Below are positions 1 to 11,119 of a stretch of 64,000 nucleotides of DNA, piece after piece. This stretch comes from Betaproteobacteria bacterium. GTDB lineage: Bacteria > Pseudomonadota > Gammaproteobacteria > Burkholderiales > SG8-39. Both the position numbers and the translations under genes were made by a program. The first letter of the stretch is position 1, and the number at the start of each line of letters is the position of its first letter. The stretch spans positions 20,498 to 84,497 of the forward strand of contig JBBINV010000003.1 in NCBI GenBank assembly GCA_037443705.1, read 5' to 3'. The notes beneath the pieces are model-generated. The model was not told the DNA's origin and ran no database searches. It worked only from the letters and a program-made list of their open reading frames with translations.

Positions 1-5
1 GGAAG

Positions 6-938
6 CTAATCAAGCAGCGCCTCGGCGAACTCGCGCGCGGCGAACGGCCGCAGGTCGTCGATTTCCTCGCCGACTCCGAGAAAGAGCAGCGGCAGAGCGC
101 GGCCGCCGGCCTGCGCCGAGCGGGCGTGCGCGATTGCGCAGACGACACCACCCTTCGCGGTGCCGTCGAGCTTCGTCAGGATCAGCCCGGTGAGTCCGAG
201 CGCGTCGTCGAACGCGCGCGCCTGCGCGAGCGCGTTCTGCCCGGTGTTGGCATCGAGCACCAGCAGCACCTCGTGCGGCGCGCCGGCGAGCGCCCGCGCG
301 GCGACCCGCTTCACCTTCTTCACTTCTTCCATCAGGTGCAGTTGCGTCGGCAGGCGCCCTGCCGTGTCCGCGATGACGACGTCGGCGCTGCGCGCGATGG
401 CCGCGCCGATCGCGTCGAACACCACCGCGCCCGGGTCGCCGCCGGCCTGCCCGAGAACAGGCACGCCGTTGCGCTCGCCCCATGCGAGGAGCTGCTCGCG
501 CGCCGCCGCGCGGAAGGTGTCCCCCGCGGCGAGCAGGACGCTGCGGCCCTCGCCCTGGAGGCGCTTCGCGAGCTTGCCGATGGTGGTGGTCTTTCCCGAG
601 CCGTTCACGCCCGCGACCATGATGACGAAGGGTTTCGCCCCGGACACGTCGAGCCCGCGCTCGAGCGGATGCAGGAGCCGTACCAGCTCCTCCTTCAGTG
701 CCTGCCGCAGGGCTTCACCGTCCAGGAGCCCCTGCCGCCGAAGCGATCCGAGGATCGCCTGTGTCGCCGCGATCCCGCAGTCGGCCTGGATCAGCGCGGT
801 CTCGAGCTCCTCGTAGAGCGCCTCGTCGAGCCGGCGCCGCCCGATGAGCGTCCCCAGCCCGCCGCCGAGCGCCTGCCGCGTGCGCGCGAGGCCGGCCTTC
901 AGCCGCGCCGCCCACGAAGTCGCTGCTAACATGGATCG

Positions 939-944
<6 letters not shown>
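6..944 (-). CDS. ftsY: Signal recognition particle receptor FtsY
   Basis: SRP-GTPase NG domain motifs GVNGSGKTTTIGKLA, DTAGR, TKLDGTAKGG. The Arg/Ala-rich upstream part of ORF 6..1466 is rejected. Start is placed at MHRSMLAATSW (944), with the ATG at 932 as an alternative. The hexamer ATGCAT at 939-944 would be the start codon on both strands (ftsY and rsmD). Confidence 0.9.
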
Positions 945-1974
<1,030 letters not shown>

Positions 1975-1978
1975 CGCG

Positions 1979-2788
1979 CTATTTTTGGCAGCCCGGGCAG
2001 TAGAAGCTCGCGCGCTGACCCTGCATGATGCGCCGGATGCGCGCGCCGCAGCGCCGGCAGCGCTCTCCCGCGCGGCCGTACACGCGGGCGCGAAGCAGGA
2101 ATTCTCCGGGCGCGCCGTCGCCGCCGACGTAATCGCGCAGGCTCGCGCCGCCGGCGCGGATCGCGGCGCGCAGCGTCTTCTTGATCGCCGCCGCGAGCCG
2201 CGCGCAGCGCACGAGCGAGAGCCGCCGCGCGCTGGTCTGCGGACGGATGCCCGCGGCATGGAGGCTCTCGCAGGCGTAGATGTTGCCGATCCCGACGACG
2301 CGCCGGCCGTCGAGCAGGAACTGCTTGATCGAGGTCCGGTGAGCGCGCGTGAGCGCGTGCAGCCGCCGTGCATCCAGCGCGCTCGACAGCGGCTCTATGC
2401 CGAGACCCCGCAGAAGGGGGTGCGATTCGGGCGGTGCCTGCGTCCAGAGCACCGCGCCGAAGCGGCGCGGGTCGCGAAGTCGAAGCCACCGCCCGCCGAC
2501 CGAAAAATCCACGTGGTCGTGCTTGCCGGCGGGCGAGCGCGGCGCGACCAGGCGCAGACTCCCGGACATGCCGAGATGCACGATCAGGTGGCCGGCGCCG
2601 CAGTCGATCAGGAGATACTTTCCGCGGCGCCGGATCGAGCGCACCGTGCGCCCGGCGAGCATGCGCACCGCCTGCGGCACCGGCCAGCGCAGCCGTGGCT
2701 CGCGCACCGCGACCGTCGCGATCGTCTTTCCCACCACGTGAGGCGCAAGCCCCTTGAGGGTGACCTCGACTTCGGGAAGCTCGGGCAT
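1979..2788 (-). CDS. mutM: Formamidopyrimidine-DNA glycosylase
   Basis: Starts MPELPEVE (catalytic Pro2/Glu3) and ends with the zinc finger CRRCG...FYCPGCQ. Start fixed at 2788; the longer 1979..3295 ORF extension is rejected. Confidence 0.95.
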   Translation of the reverse strand: MPELPEVEVTLKGLAPHVVGKTIATVAVREPRLRWPVPQAVRMLAGRTVRSIRRRGKYLLIDCGAGHLIVHLGMSGSLRLVAPRSPAGKHDHVDFSVGGRWLRLRDPRRFGAVLWTQAPPESHPLLRGLGIEPLSSALDARRLHALTRAHRTSIKQFLLDGRRVVGIGNIYACESLHAAGIRPQTSARRLSLVRCARLAAAIKKTLRAAIRAGGASLRDYVGGDGAPGEFLLRARVYGRAGERCRRCGARIRRIMQGQRASFYCPGCQK

Positions 2789-2851
2789 GCGATGCGTGCG
2801 TGAACTTCTAGCCTTGTGCGGGGTGCCAAATATACCTACACTGGACGGCCC

Positions 2852-4588
2852 ATGCGTTTCTCGATGCGCCTGCCGATCGGGCTCGCCGCGGCGTGCTTTG
2901 CTCTCGCGGCGCGGGTTCAGGGGCAGGTTTTCGATCCCGAAAAGGACGACGAAGCCGAGGCACCGGCCGCGGTGGTCCTTCCGGCGCCCGCGGCGAAGCT
3001 GCCGCCGCTCGAGCTCACCGAGCCGATGCTCTACGAGTTCCTGCTCGGCGAGATTGCGGCGCAGCGCGGCAGCCCGGGCCTCGCGGCGCAGACCTACATC
3101 GACCTCGCCAGGCGATCGCGCGACCCGCGCATCGCGCGCCGCGCGGTCGAGATCGCCAATTTCGCGCGTTCGCCCGAGCTCGCGCTCGAGGCCGCGCGGC
3201 TCTGGCACGAAACCGACCCGGATTCGACGCCGGCGCTGCGCGCGCTGATCGCGCTCCTGGTGAACGCGCGCCGCCTCGCCGAGGCCGAGCCCCACATCGC
3301 GAAGCTCCTCGCCGGCCCCGGCGCCGCGCCCGGCGGGTTTCTGCAGCTCGCACAGCTGTTCGCGCAGAACCCGGACCGCAAGGCAAACCTCGCGGTGGTG
3401 CAGCGGCTCGCCGCGCGCTACCCGGAGCTGCCGGAGGCGCGCTTCGCGACTGCGCAGGCGGCGGCCGCGGCGAACGACGAGGCGCTCGCCCTGAAGGAGC
3501 TGCGGGGCGCAGCCGAGCTCCGGCCCGGCTGGGAAGCCGCGGCGGTGTTCGAGTCGCAGCTGCTGCGGCGCCGTTCATTCGGCGAAGCTGCGGCGCGGCT
3601 GAACGCCTTCCTCGAAAAGTATCCGCAATCGCGCGAGGTGCGCCTGCAGCTCGCGCGCATGCTCGTCGGCGAGAGGCGTTACGGCGACGCGAAGGCGCAA
3701 TTCGAGAGGATTCTCGAGATCCGCAAGGACGACACGGAGGCGATCTATGGCGTGGGGCTGCTCGCTATCCAGGCGAAGGACTACGCGCTGGCGGAGGCGA
3801 GCCTGAAGAGGCTCCTCGGCCTCGGCTACCGCGACCCGGACGGGGTGCGATTTACGCTCGGCCAGGTCGCCGAGGAGCAGAAGGACTGGCCGCGCGCGAT
3901 CGAGTGGTACGTGACGATCCAGCACGGCGAGCACGCGTTGCCCGCGCGCATGCGCACCGCGAACGTGCTCGCCAGGCAGGGCAAGCTCGAGGAGGCGAGG
4001 GCGTACCTGCGGGCGGTCAACGCGAGCGACGCGCAGCGCGTGCAGCTCCTGATTGCGGAAGCGCAGCTGCTGCGCGAGGCCAATCGCCATCGCGAGGCGT
4101 TCGATCTGCTCGGCGAGGCGCTCGCCAGGAACCCGGATCAGCCCGACCTGCTCTACGACCACGCGCTCACCGCGGAGAAGGTCGACCGTCTGGACGTGCT
4201 GGAATCGAACCTGCGCAGGGTGATCGCGGTGAAGCCCGACCACGCGCACGCCTACAACGCGCTCGGCTACTCGCTCGCCGATCGCAACGAGCGCCTGCCC
4301 GAGGCGCGCAAGCTCGTCGAGCGCGCGCTCGAGCTTGCGCCCGAGGACAATTACATCATCGATTCGATGGGCTGGGTGCTGTACCGCATGGGAGACCTTC
4401 AGGGAGCGCTCGAGCAGCTGCGACGCGCCTGGAACGGCCGGCCTGACGGCGAGATCGGGGCTCACCTCGGCGAGGTGCTCTGGGTGATGGGCCGGCGCGA
4501 CGAGGCCGAGCGCGTCTGGGGCGAGGCGCTCAAGACGAGCCCGGAGAACGAAACGCTGCAAAAGACCCTCCAGCGCCTGAAGAAGTAG
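2852..4588 (+). CDS. Secreted or lipoprotein-like tetratricopeptide-repeat protein
   Basis: N-terminal signal-like MRFSMRLPIGLAAACFALAA followed by many TPR-like helical repeats; conserved position upstream of lolB-ispE. Confidence 0.8.
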   Translation: MRFSMRLPIGLAAACFALAARVQGQVFDPEKDDEAEAPAAVVLPAPAAKLPPLELTEPMLYEFLLGEIAAQRGSPGLAAQTYIDLARRSRDPRIARRAVEIANFARSPELALEAARLWHETDPDSTPALRALIALLVNARRLAEAEPHIAKLLAGPGAAPGGFLQLAQLFAQNPDRKANLAVVQRLAARYPELPEARFATAQAAAAANDEALALKELRGAAELRPGWEAAAVFESQLLRRRSFGEAAARLNAFLEKYPQSREVRLQLARMLVGERRYGDAKAQFERILEIRKDDTEAIYGVGLLAIQAKDYALAEASLKRLLGLGYRDPDGVRFTLGQVAEEQKDWPRAIEWYVTIQHGEHALPARMRTANVLARQGKLEEARAYLRAVNASDAQRVQLLIAEAQLLREANRHREAFDLLGEALARNPDQPDLLYDHALTAEKVDRLDVLESNLRRVIAVKPDHAHAYNALGYSLADRNERLPEARKLVERALELAPEDNYIIDSMGWVLYRMGDLQGALEQLRRAWNGRPDGEIGAHLGEVLWVMGRRDEAERVWGEALKTSPENETLQKTLQRLKK

Positions 4589-4589
4589 C

Positions 4590-5123
4590 GTGCACTTGCG
4601 CCGCGTACTGCGCTTGGCGGCGATCCTGGGCCTTGCGGGCTGCGCCGAGCTTCCGTTCGTGCTGCCCGCCTCGGAGGTTGAATTCGAGCTCTCGGGGCGG
4701 ATCGCGCTGCGCTACCGGGATGAGGCGTCGTCGGGCAATATCGCCTGGCGCCACGGCCTGAGCGGCGACGAGATGTGGATCACGACGCCGCTTGGGCAGA
4801 CGGTCGCGCGGATCGTGCGCGAAGGAGATGCGGTCACGCTCACCGATGCCGAGGCGCGCGAATACCGTGCCGCGGACGCCGAGACCCTCACCGAGCAGGT
4901 GCTCGGGTTCCGCATCCCGCTCGGGGGGCTCGCCGACTGGGTGCGCGCGCGCGCCGCGCCCGGCCCTTCCGAGTCGCGCCTCGACGGGGCATCGCGCCTG
5001 ACGGAGCTTTCCCAGTCCGGCTGGCGCATCGAGTACCTGGAGTACCGGGGCGAGCGCCCGTACCGCATGAGACTGCTCTATCCCGGAATCGAGCTGCGCC
5101 TGGCGATCGCGGAGTGGAAATGA
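4590..5123 (+). CDS. lolB: Outer-membrane lipoprotein LolB
   Basis: GTG start, lipobox LAGC, about 177 aa, located directly between the TPR gene and ispE as in other proteobacteria. Confidence 0.8.
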   Translation: MHLRRVLRLAAILGLAGCAELPFVLPASEVEFELSGRIALRYRDEASSGNIAWRHGLSGDEMWITTPLGQTVARIVREGDAVTLTDAEAREYRAADAETLTEQVLGFRIPLGGLADWVRARAAPGPSESRLDGASRLTELSQSGWRIEYLEYRGERPYRMRLLYPGIELRLAIAEWK

Positions 5124-5944
5124 TGGAATGGTTCCCGGCGCCGGGGAAGCTCAATCTCTTCCTGCACGTGCTCGGGCGGCGCGACGACGGGATGCACGAG
5201 CTGCAGACCGTGTTCCGGCTGATCGACCGCTCGGACCGGGTGGGGGTTTCGGTGCGCCGTGACGGAGCGATCCGGTTCGCCGGCGTCTTCGGCGGGCAGA
5301 ATCTCTGCGTGAAGGCGGCCGAGGCGCTGAAGGCCGAAAGCAGGACCCCGTTGGGATGCGAGATCGTCCTGGAGAAGGTCTTGCCGGTGGGCGGCGGCCT
5401 GGGCGGCGGATCCTCGGACGCGGCGACTGTGCTCCTCGCCCTCAATCGGCTCTGGAAGCTCGGCCTTGACCGGCGCGCTCTGATGGGGATTGGGGCAGGG
5501 CTCGGCGCAGACGTGCCGTTCTTCGTGTTCGGCGACAACGCGCTCGGCGAAGGGGTCGGTGAGCGCCTGAGCGCACTTGCGCTGCCCCCTGCCTGGTACC
5601 TCGTGCTCGAGCCGCCGGTGGTGGTGGCGACACGCGACGTGTTCTCGGATAACGCATTGACACGTAATGCGAAACGACTCACAATACCGCCCTTTTTCTC
5701 CGGCCTCGGGGGCAACGATCTCGAGGCGGTAGCGGTCCGCCGGCACCCGGAGATCGGGTTGCACCTCGAATGGCTTCGGGCGCGCCGGCGCGGGGCGCGG
5801 ATGACGGGGTCCGGAGCGTGCGTATTCGCCGAATTCGAGCAGGAAGGCGAGGCGCGCGCGCTGGCCGCGGAGCTGCCCGGGACGATGCGCGGGTTCGTAG
5901 CGCGCGGGCTCGAGTGCCATCCGCTGCGCGATTGGGCAGATTGA
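5120..5944 (+). CDS. ispE: 4-diphosphocytidyl-2-C-methyl-D-erythritol kinase
   Basis: MMEWFPAPGKLNLFLHV and GHMP-kinase motif PVGGGLGGGSSDAA. Its ATG overlaps the lolB stop. Confidence 0.93.
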   Translation: MMEWFPAPGKLNLFLHVLGRRDDGMHELQTVFRLIDRSDRVGVSVRRDGAIRFAGVFGGQNLCVKAAEALKAESRTPLGCEIVLEKVLPVGGGLGGGSSDAATVLLALNRLWKLGLDRRALMGIGAGLGADVPFFVFGDNALGEGVGERLSALALPPAWYLVLEPPVVVATRDVFSDNALTRNAKRLTIPPFFSGLGGNDLEAVAVRRHPEIGLHLEWLRARRRGARMTGSGACVFAEFEQEGEARALAAELPGTMRGFVARGLECHPLRDWAD

Positions 5945-5956
5945 ACAACTTAAGGG

Positions 5957-6034
5957 TGGGGAGTCGCCAAGCTGGTCTAAGGCACCGGATTTTGATTCCG
6001 GCATTCCTAGGTTCGAATCCTAGCTCCCCAGCCA
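5957..6034 (+). tRNA. tRNA-Gln (anticodon TTG)
   Basis: 7-bp acceptor stem TGGGGAG/CTCCCCA, anticodon loop ggatTTTGAttcc, T-arm GGTTCGAATCC, encoded CCA end. Confidence 0.93.
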
Positions 6035-6074
6035 TCCGACAGACGCGAACGTGAACCAGACCCACGTGACCCCG

Positions 6075-7025
6075 ATGCCGCTCGAGCGCCTGATGGTGTT
6101 CACCGGCAACGCCAACCCGCGCCTCGCGCAGGACGTTGTCAAGCACCTCAACATCTCGCTCGGGCGCGCGATCGTCGGCAAGTTCTCCGACGGCGAGGTC
6201 ATGGTGGAGATCCTGGAAAACGTGCGCGGCAAGGACGTGTTCGTGCTGCAGTCCACCTGCATGCCGACGAACGACAACCTGATGGAGCTGATGGTGATGA
6301 TCGACGCGCTGAAGCGTTCGTCGGCCGCGCGCGTCACCGCCGCCATCCCCTATTTCGGCTACGCGCGCCAGGACCGCCGGCCTCGGTCGGCGCGCGTGGG
6401 CATCAGCGCCAAGGTGGTCGCCAACATGCTCGCGTCGGTGGGCGTGGCGCGCGTGCTGACGATGGACCTGCACGCCGACCAGATCCAGGGCTTCTTCGAC
6501 GTCCCGGTGGACAACATCTATGCCGCGCCGGTGCTGCTCGGCGACGTCTGGAAACAGCGCTACGACAATCTGATCGTGGTCTCGCCCGACGTCGGCGGCG
6601 TGGTGCGCGCGCGCGCGCTCGCCAAGCGCCTGGAGTCCGACCTCGCGATCATCGACAAGCGGCGCCCCAAGGCGAACGTCGCCGAGGTGATGAACGTGAT
6701 CGGCGAGGTGAAGGGCCGGACCTGCGTGATCATGGACGATATGGTCGACACCGCCGGGACGCTCTGCAAGGCGGCCCAGGTGCTGAAGGAGGAGGGCGCG
6801 GTCAAGGTGGTTGCGTACTGCACGCATCCGGTGCTCTCCGGCGGCGCGGTCGAGCGCATCGCCGCCTCTGATCTCGACGAGCTGGTGGTGACGGACACGA
6901 TCCCCTTGAGCGAGCAGGCGCGCGCCTGCGGCCGGATCCGGCAGCTCTCGGTGGCCGGCCTGATCGCGGAAACGGTGCTGCGGATCTTCACCGAGGATTC
7001 GGTGAGCTCGCTTTTCATGGAATGA
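6075..7025 (+). CDS. prs: Ribose-phosphate pyrophosphokinase
   Basis: [44 protein letters not shown] and [12 protein letters not shown] motifs. Start is the ATG at 6075, with the GTG at 6051 as an alternative. Confidence 0.93.
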   Translation: MPLERLMVFTGNANPRLAQDVVKHLNISLGRAIVGKFSDGEVMVEILENVRGKDVFVLQSTCMPTNDNLMELMVMIDALKRSSAARVTAAIPYFGYARQDRRPRSARVGISAKVVANMLASVGVARVLTMDLHADQIQGFFDVPVDNIYAAPVLLGDVWKQRYDNLIVVSPDVGGVVRARALAKRLESDLAIIDKRRPKANVAEVMNVIGEVKGRTCVIMDDMVDTAGTLCKAAQVLKEEGAVKVVAYCTHPVLSGGAVERIAASDLDELVVTDTIPLSEQARACGRIRQLSVAGLIAETVLRIFTEDSVSSLFME

Positions 7026-7044
7026 GTCTTCTTGGAGTGACGAA

Positions 7045-7779
7045 ATGAAGATCGAAATCAGCGCGCAGAAGCGCGATATGCAGGGAACCGGCGCGAGCCG
7101 GCGCCTGCGCGGCAAGGGCCGCGTGCCCGGCGTGGTCTACGGCGGCGACAAGCCGCCGGTCACGATCGAGCTAGACCACAAGGAGCTCCACCGGAACCTG
7201 CGCAACGAGGCGTTCCACGCGTCGATCCTCACGCTCAAGCTCGAGGGAGGGACCGAGCAGGTTCTGCTGCGCGCTTTCAACATGCACCCGTTCCGGCCGC
7301 AGGTGCAGCACGTCGACTTCCAGCGGGTCTCGAAGGACAAGAAGATCCACATGAAGGTGCCGCTGCATTTCGTGAACGCCGAAAAATCGCCCGGCGTGAA
7401 GGAGCAGGGCGGCGTCGCGAACCACGTCATGAACGAGATCGACATCTCCTGCCTGCCCGACGACCTGCCCGAGTACATCGAGGTGGACATGGGCAGCCTC
7501 AAGGTCGGGGACTCGATCCATGCGAAAGACCTTCGCTTCCCGAAGGGCGTGGAGCCTGTGCTGCACCGGGGCGAGAATCCGGTGGTGGCGACAGTGATCG
7601 TGCCGGCGCTCATCACCGAAGAGGAAGAGGCCGCGGCGGCGGCTGCCGAGGCGGTGCCGGCCTCCGAGGTCCCGACCACCGAGCAGGCGGCCCCGGCCGA
7701 GAAGGCCGAGGAGGGTGCGGCGGCCGAGAAGGGCGGCGCCAAGGGCGGCGAGAAATCCGACAAAAAAGAGAAGAAGTAG
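7045..7779 (+). CDS. rplY: 50S ribosomal protein L25 (Ctc form)
   Basis: [35 protein letters not shown]; long Ala/Glu/Lys-rich C-terminal tail. Confidence 0.93.
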   Translation: MKIEISAQKRDMQGTGASRRLRGKGRVPGVVYGGDKPPVTIELDHKELHRNLRNEAFHASILTLKLEGGTEQVLLRAFNMHPFRPQVQHVDFQRVSKDKKIHMKVPLHFVNAEKSPGVKEQGGVANHVMNEIDISCLPDDLPEYIEVDMGSLKVGDSIHAKDLRFPKGVEPVLHRGENPVVATVIVPALITEEEEAAAAAAEAVPASEVPTTEQAAPAEKAEEGAAAEKGGAKGGEKSDKKEKK

Positions 7780-7782
7780 GCC

Positions 7783-8445
7783 CTGTCCAAGATCCGCCTC
7801 ATCGTCGGCCTGGGCAATCCGGGCCGGGAGCACGAGCGCACCCGGCACAACGCCGGGTTCTGGCTCGTCGAGCGCTTTGCGGCCTCCGCCGGTGCCGCGC
7901 TCAAGAAGGACAACCACTACCAGGCGCTCGTCGGGCGGCTCGCGGGCGGGGCGTGGCTGCTGCTGCCGCAGACCTACATGAACGCGAGCGGCCGCGCGGT
8001 GCAGATGCTCGCCGGCTTCTTCAGGATCGCGCCCGCCGAGATCCTGGTGGCGCACGACGAGCTCGACTTCGCGCCGGGCGTCGCGCGCCTCAAGCAGGGC
8101 GGGGGCATCGCCGGGCACAACGGCCTGCGCGACATCTCGCAGCGCCTTGCCTCGCACGACTACTGGCGCCTGAGGATCGGCATCGGCCATCCAGGGGACA
8201 AGAACCTGGTGCACGATTACGTGCTCCAGAAGCCTTCGCCCGAGGACCGCGGCGAGATCGATGCCGCGATCGCCCGAGCGCTCGAAGTGCTGCCGCTCGC
8301 GCTCGAGGGCGATCTGCAGGCAATGATGCAGAAGCTCCACACGGAAGAAAAGAAACCGGAGCCACACAAGGAAGCGAAAGAAGAGGAAAAATCCGCCACC
8401 GGCATCAAGGGGCTGCTGAAGGGCCTGACCGGCAGCAGGAAATGA
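7783..8445 (+). CDS. pth: Peptidyl-tRNA hydrolase (apparent CTG start)
   Basis: [23 protein letters not shown] (catalytic His region) is encoded at 7792-7860, upstream of the first canonical in-frame start (ATG 7978). The frame opens right after the rplY TAG. The only start-like codons are CTG 7783 and ATC 7792. Confidence 0.8.
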   Translation: MSKIRLIVGLGNPGREHERTRHNAGFWLVERFAASAGAALKKDNHYQALVGRLAGGAWLLLPQTYMNASGRAVQMLAGFFRIAPAEILVAHDELDFAPGVARLKQGGGIAGHNGLRDISQRLASHDYWRLRIGIGHPGDKNLVHDYVLQKPSPEDRGEIDAAIARALEVLPLALEGDLQAMMQKLHTEEKKPEPHKEAKEEEKSATGIKGLLKGLTGSRK

Positions 8446-9536
8446 GCCTCAGGTGCGGCATTGTCGGCCTGCCGAACGTCGGCAAGTCGACGCTCTTCAA
8501 CGCGCTGACCCGTGCCGCGATCGCGGCCGAAAACTATCCCTTTTGCACCATCGAGCCGAACGTCGGCATGGTACAGGTGCCTGACCCCCGGCTCGAGGCG
8601 ATCGCCGCGATTGCGAAGCCGGAGCGCGTGGTGCCCGCCACGGTGGAGTTCGTCGACATCGCGGGGCTGGTGGCGGGCGCATCGAAGGGCGAGGGCCTGG
8701 GCAACAAGTTCCTCTCCCACATCCGCGAGGTGGACGCGATCGCGCACGTGGTGCGCGTCTTCGAAGATCCCAACGTCGTGCATGTCGCGGGCAAGGTCGA
8801 CCCGGCATCCGATATCGAGACCATCCACACCGAGCTCGCGCTCGCCGCCCTGCAGTCGGTGGAAAGGCAGATCTCGAAGGTCGAGAAGGTCGCGAAGGTC
8901 GCGGGCGACAAGGACGCGCAGCGCCTCTGCGCGGTGCTGGAGAAGGCGCGCGCGGCGCTCGATGCCGGCAAGCCCGCGCGCACCGTGGAGTGGTCGAAGG
9001 AAGAGCGCGCGGTGCTCGATCCGCTTTTTCTTCTCACCATGAAGCCGACGCTCTACGTCGCCAACGTGGCCGAGCACGGTTTCAAGGACAACCCGCAGCT
9101 CGCTGCAGTCGAGGGGCTCGCCGCTTCAGAGGGTGCCGGCGTGGTCGCGATCAGTTGCGCCATCGAGGCGCAGATCGCCGACATGAGCGATGCGGACAAG
9201 AAGCTGTTTCTCGACGACATGGGGATGGCCGAGCCGGGCTTGAACCGCTTCATCCGCGCCGCCTACGCGCTCCTCGGCCTCGAAACCTTCTTCACCGCGG
9301 GCCCGAAGGAAGTGCGCGCCTGGCAGCTGCACATCGGCCAGACCGCGCCCGAGGCCGCGGGCGCGATCCACACCGACTTCCAGCGGGGCTTCATCCGCGC
9401 CGAGGTGATCTCCTGCGACGACTACATCGCCTGCGGCGGCGAGCAGGGAGCGAAGGACAAGGGAAAGATGCGGTTGGAAGGGAAAGATTATGTTGTACGG
9501 GACGGGGACGTAATTTACTTCCGATTCAACGTCTAA
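8442..9536 (+). CDS. ychF: Ribosome-binding ATPase YchF
   Basis: [40 protein letters not shown] and the C-terminal TGS-like domain. ATGA overlap with the pth stop. Confidence 0.95.
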   Translation: MSLRCGIVGLPNVGKSTLFNALTRAAIAAENYPFCTIEPNVGMVQVPDPRLEAIAAIAKPERVVPATVEFVDIAGLVAGASKGEGLGNKFLSHIREVDAIAHVVRVFEDPNVVHVAGKVDPASDIETIHTELALAALQSVERQISKVEKVAKVAGDKDAQRLCAVLEKARAALDAGKPARTVEWSKEERAVLDPLFLLTMKPTLYVANVAEHGFKDNPQLAAVEGLAASEGAGVVAISCAIEAQIADMSDADKKLFLDDMGMAEPGLNRFIRAAYALLGLETFFTAGPKEVRAWQLHIGQTAPEAAGAIHTDFQRGFIRAEVISCDDYIACGGEQGAKDKGKMRLEGKDYVVRDGDVIYFRFNV

Positions 9537-9727
9537 CGACTCCCGCCCCCAACCACGGTTGGTTGAGTCTTGTTTTCGGCCTTGATCACGATCGCGACAC
9601 CGGCAGCGATTCCACCAATCAATCACCAGCTGACTTCAGATGACGGTTCGCCGGAGGCCGGTTGATTCTGATGCAGCACCGATCCGCGAAACGCAAGCGA
9701 GTGAAATCCTTGACTGTTGAAACGTAA

Positions 9728-10057
9728 GTCGAGGATCGGTTTTCTAAGGACCACGCTGTTCGCGACCTGCGCACGATCGAGTCGAAGACCAAGGACGCTC
9801 GCGGCGTCGCGACTTGATGGCGCGTCGGGACTTTACGATCCTCGGGGGGGAGGTAGGTCAACCCGGGCGCGGCGGTAATACGGGTACGAGTGGCGGAGGG
9901 GAAATTCCGGGTGATCCATGTGGCCAGGTTCGAGCGAGCGATTTACGTCTTGCACGCTTTTCAGAAGAAAACACAGAAGACATCGCTGCTCGACATGCGG
10001 CTCGCCCGGGATCGCTATCGCGACGCACGGGATATGGAGCGGGAATTGAATCGATGA
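9728..10057 (+). pseudogene. Relic of a RelE/ParE-superfamily (HigB-like) toxin gene
   Basis: One reading frame gives ...AVRDLRTIESKTKDARGVAT*WRVGTLRSSGGR*VNPGAAVIRVRVAEGKFRVIHVARFERAIYVLHAFQKKTQKTS.... The YVLHAFQKKTQKT signature is recognised from memory. There are in-frame TGA (9815) and TAG (9854) stops and no start codon. The end overlaps the antitoxin start (ATGA). Confidence 0.6.
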
Positions 10058-10338
10058 CCAAGCGCTATACCAGGTCCAGCGGGAATATCTTTCTCGATCT
10101 CGGGTTTCCGCCGCACGAGACCTCCGTGATGCGGCTTCGAGCACAGCTTGCCGAGGCGCTGCGCACATGGATGGAACGCGAGAACATAACGCAGGTGAAG
10201 GCGGCAAAGCGCGTGGGCATCGCGCAGCCCCGCATGTCGGAAATCGTGCGCGGAAAGGTGGAGCTGATGTCGCTCGATTACCTCGCGGGGCTTTGCGCGA
10301 AGGCAGGGTTGGACATAAGGTTCCGTTTGGCTGCGTAG
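10054..10338 (+). CDS. XRE-family helix-turn-helix antitoxin-like protein
   Basis: 94 aa; the HTH segment ITQVKAAKRVGIAQPRMSEIVRGK is typical of HigA-like partners of the toxin family upstream. Confidence 0.75.
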   Translation: MTKRYTRSSGNIFLDLGFPPHETSVMRLRAQLAEALRTWMERENITQVKAAKRVGIAQPRMSEIVRGKVELMSLDYLAGLCAKAGLDIRFRLAA

Positions 10339-10502
10339 AAGGCCGGCGTGCGATCGCGCGATTTCACGCGGATGCGCAGGTCACGGATGCGCAGGTCACA
10401 ATGGGCAGCAGGTGCGCCAGCGGCACCAGGCCAATTGGAGCTGGTGGCAAGACCAGACCCGGATTCCCGATAGAAGCACCCTGGGATGACCAAAGAACGA
10501 AA

Positions 10503-11042
10503 TCAGTAGGACCAGACCTGCAGCGTGCGATGCAGCTCCACGAGCTTCTCGGCGCGCGCTTTCTCCGTCTCGTCGCGTCCCTGCTCGGCCCTTGCCGCGA
10601 GCTCGATCACGGTCGCGTTCATGGTCGCGACGCGGCGCGCGAGCACTTCGGCGATTCCGGCCACGAGCTTGAGCGCCGCGGGCGCGCCCCCGGCGAGCAG
10701 CGCGCGGAACGGGATCGCCGGCAGCCGCAGCACCGTGGAGTCGACGAGCGCGCGGCCGGTCGCCGAGCGCACGTCGTCCGTGAGCAGCGACATCTCGCCG
10801 AGCACGCCGCCGGCGCCGAGCCGCGCGAGCGAGCGTTCGCCGCCCGCGGCGCGCTTGACCACGTCGATCTCGCCGGAGAGCACCAGGTACAGCCCGTCGC
10901 CCGCGTCGCCTTCGCGGAACAATTCTTCTCCCGCCACGTACGTGACGCGCTCTGCGATCGTCGCGATCGCCTCGAGCTCGGCGTCCGCGAGCGATCCGCA
11001 GATGGCGGCCTGCCTGAGCGAGGCGACGAGCGACGGGTCCAT
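10503..11042 (-). CDS. Cyclic nucleotide-binding domain protein (no DNA-binding domain)
   Basis: cNMP-binding fold signature LFREGDAGDGLYLVLSGEIDV...GGVLGEMSLL...RSAT, followed by a short charged helical tail. Confidence 0.8.
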   Translation of the reverse strand: MDPSLVASLRQAAICGSLADAELEAIATIAERVTYVAGEELFREGDAGDGLYLVLSGEIDVVKRAAGGERSLARLGAGGVLGEMSLLTDDVRSATGRALVDSTVLRLPAIPFRALLAGGAPAALKLVAGIAEVLARRVATMNATVIELAARAEQGRDETEKARAEKLVELHRTLQVWSY

Positions 11043-11119
11043 GGCCGAACTCTAGCCCAACCGCGGCGCGGCGGCGCAGGATAGAATTCACGGCAGCGCA
11101 CGACGCGGGGAGAGCGGCG

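Noticed and set aside
7777-7782. L25-Pth fusion by TAG readthrough as the explanation for the missing pth start
   Set aside because: It cannot be excluded from sequence alone, but it is less parsimonious. ruvA and queC show the same missing-start pattern while lying in different frames from their upstream genes, where readthrough cannot help.
9549-9580. Possible intrinsic terminator after ychF (CCAACC-AC-GGTTGG followed by a T-rich stretch)
   Set aside because: The stem is only 5-6 bp with a 2-4-nt loop and the U-tract is interrupted. That is too weak to call.
9619-9861. 80-aa minus-strand ORF upstream of the antitoxin locus
   Set aside because: It has no recognisable motif, lies antisense to the toxin relic, and has odd composition. 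It is probably not a gene.
10370-10399. Perfect tandem duplication of the 15-mer GGATGCGCAGGTCAC in the spacer between the XRE gene and the cNMP-binding gene
   Set aside because: It is real in the sequence but is only two copies, lies between two convergent gene ends, and has no obvious function. It is most simply a replication-slippage duplication.
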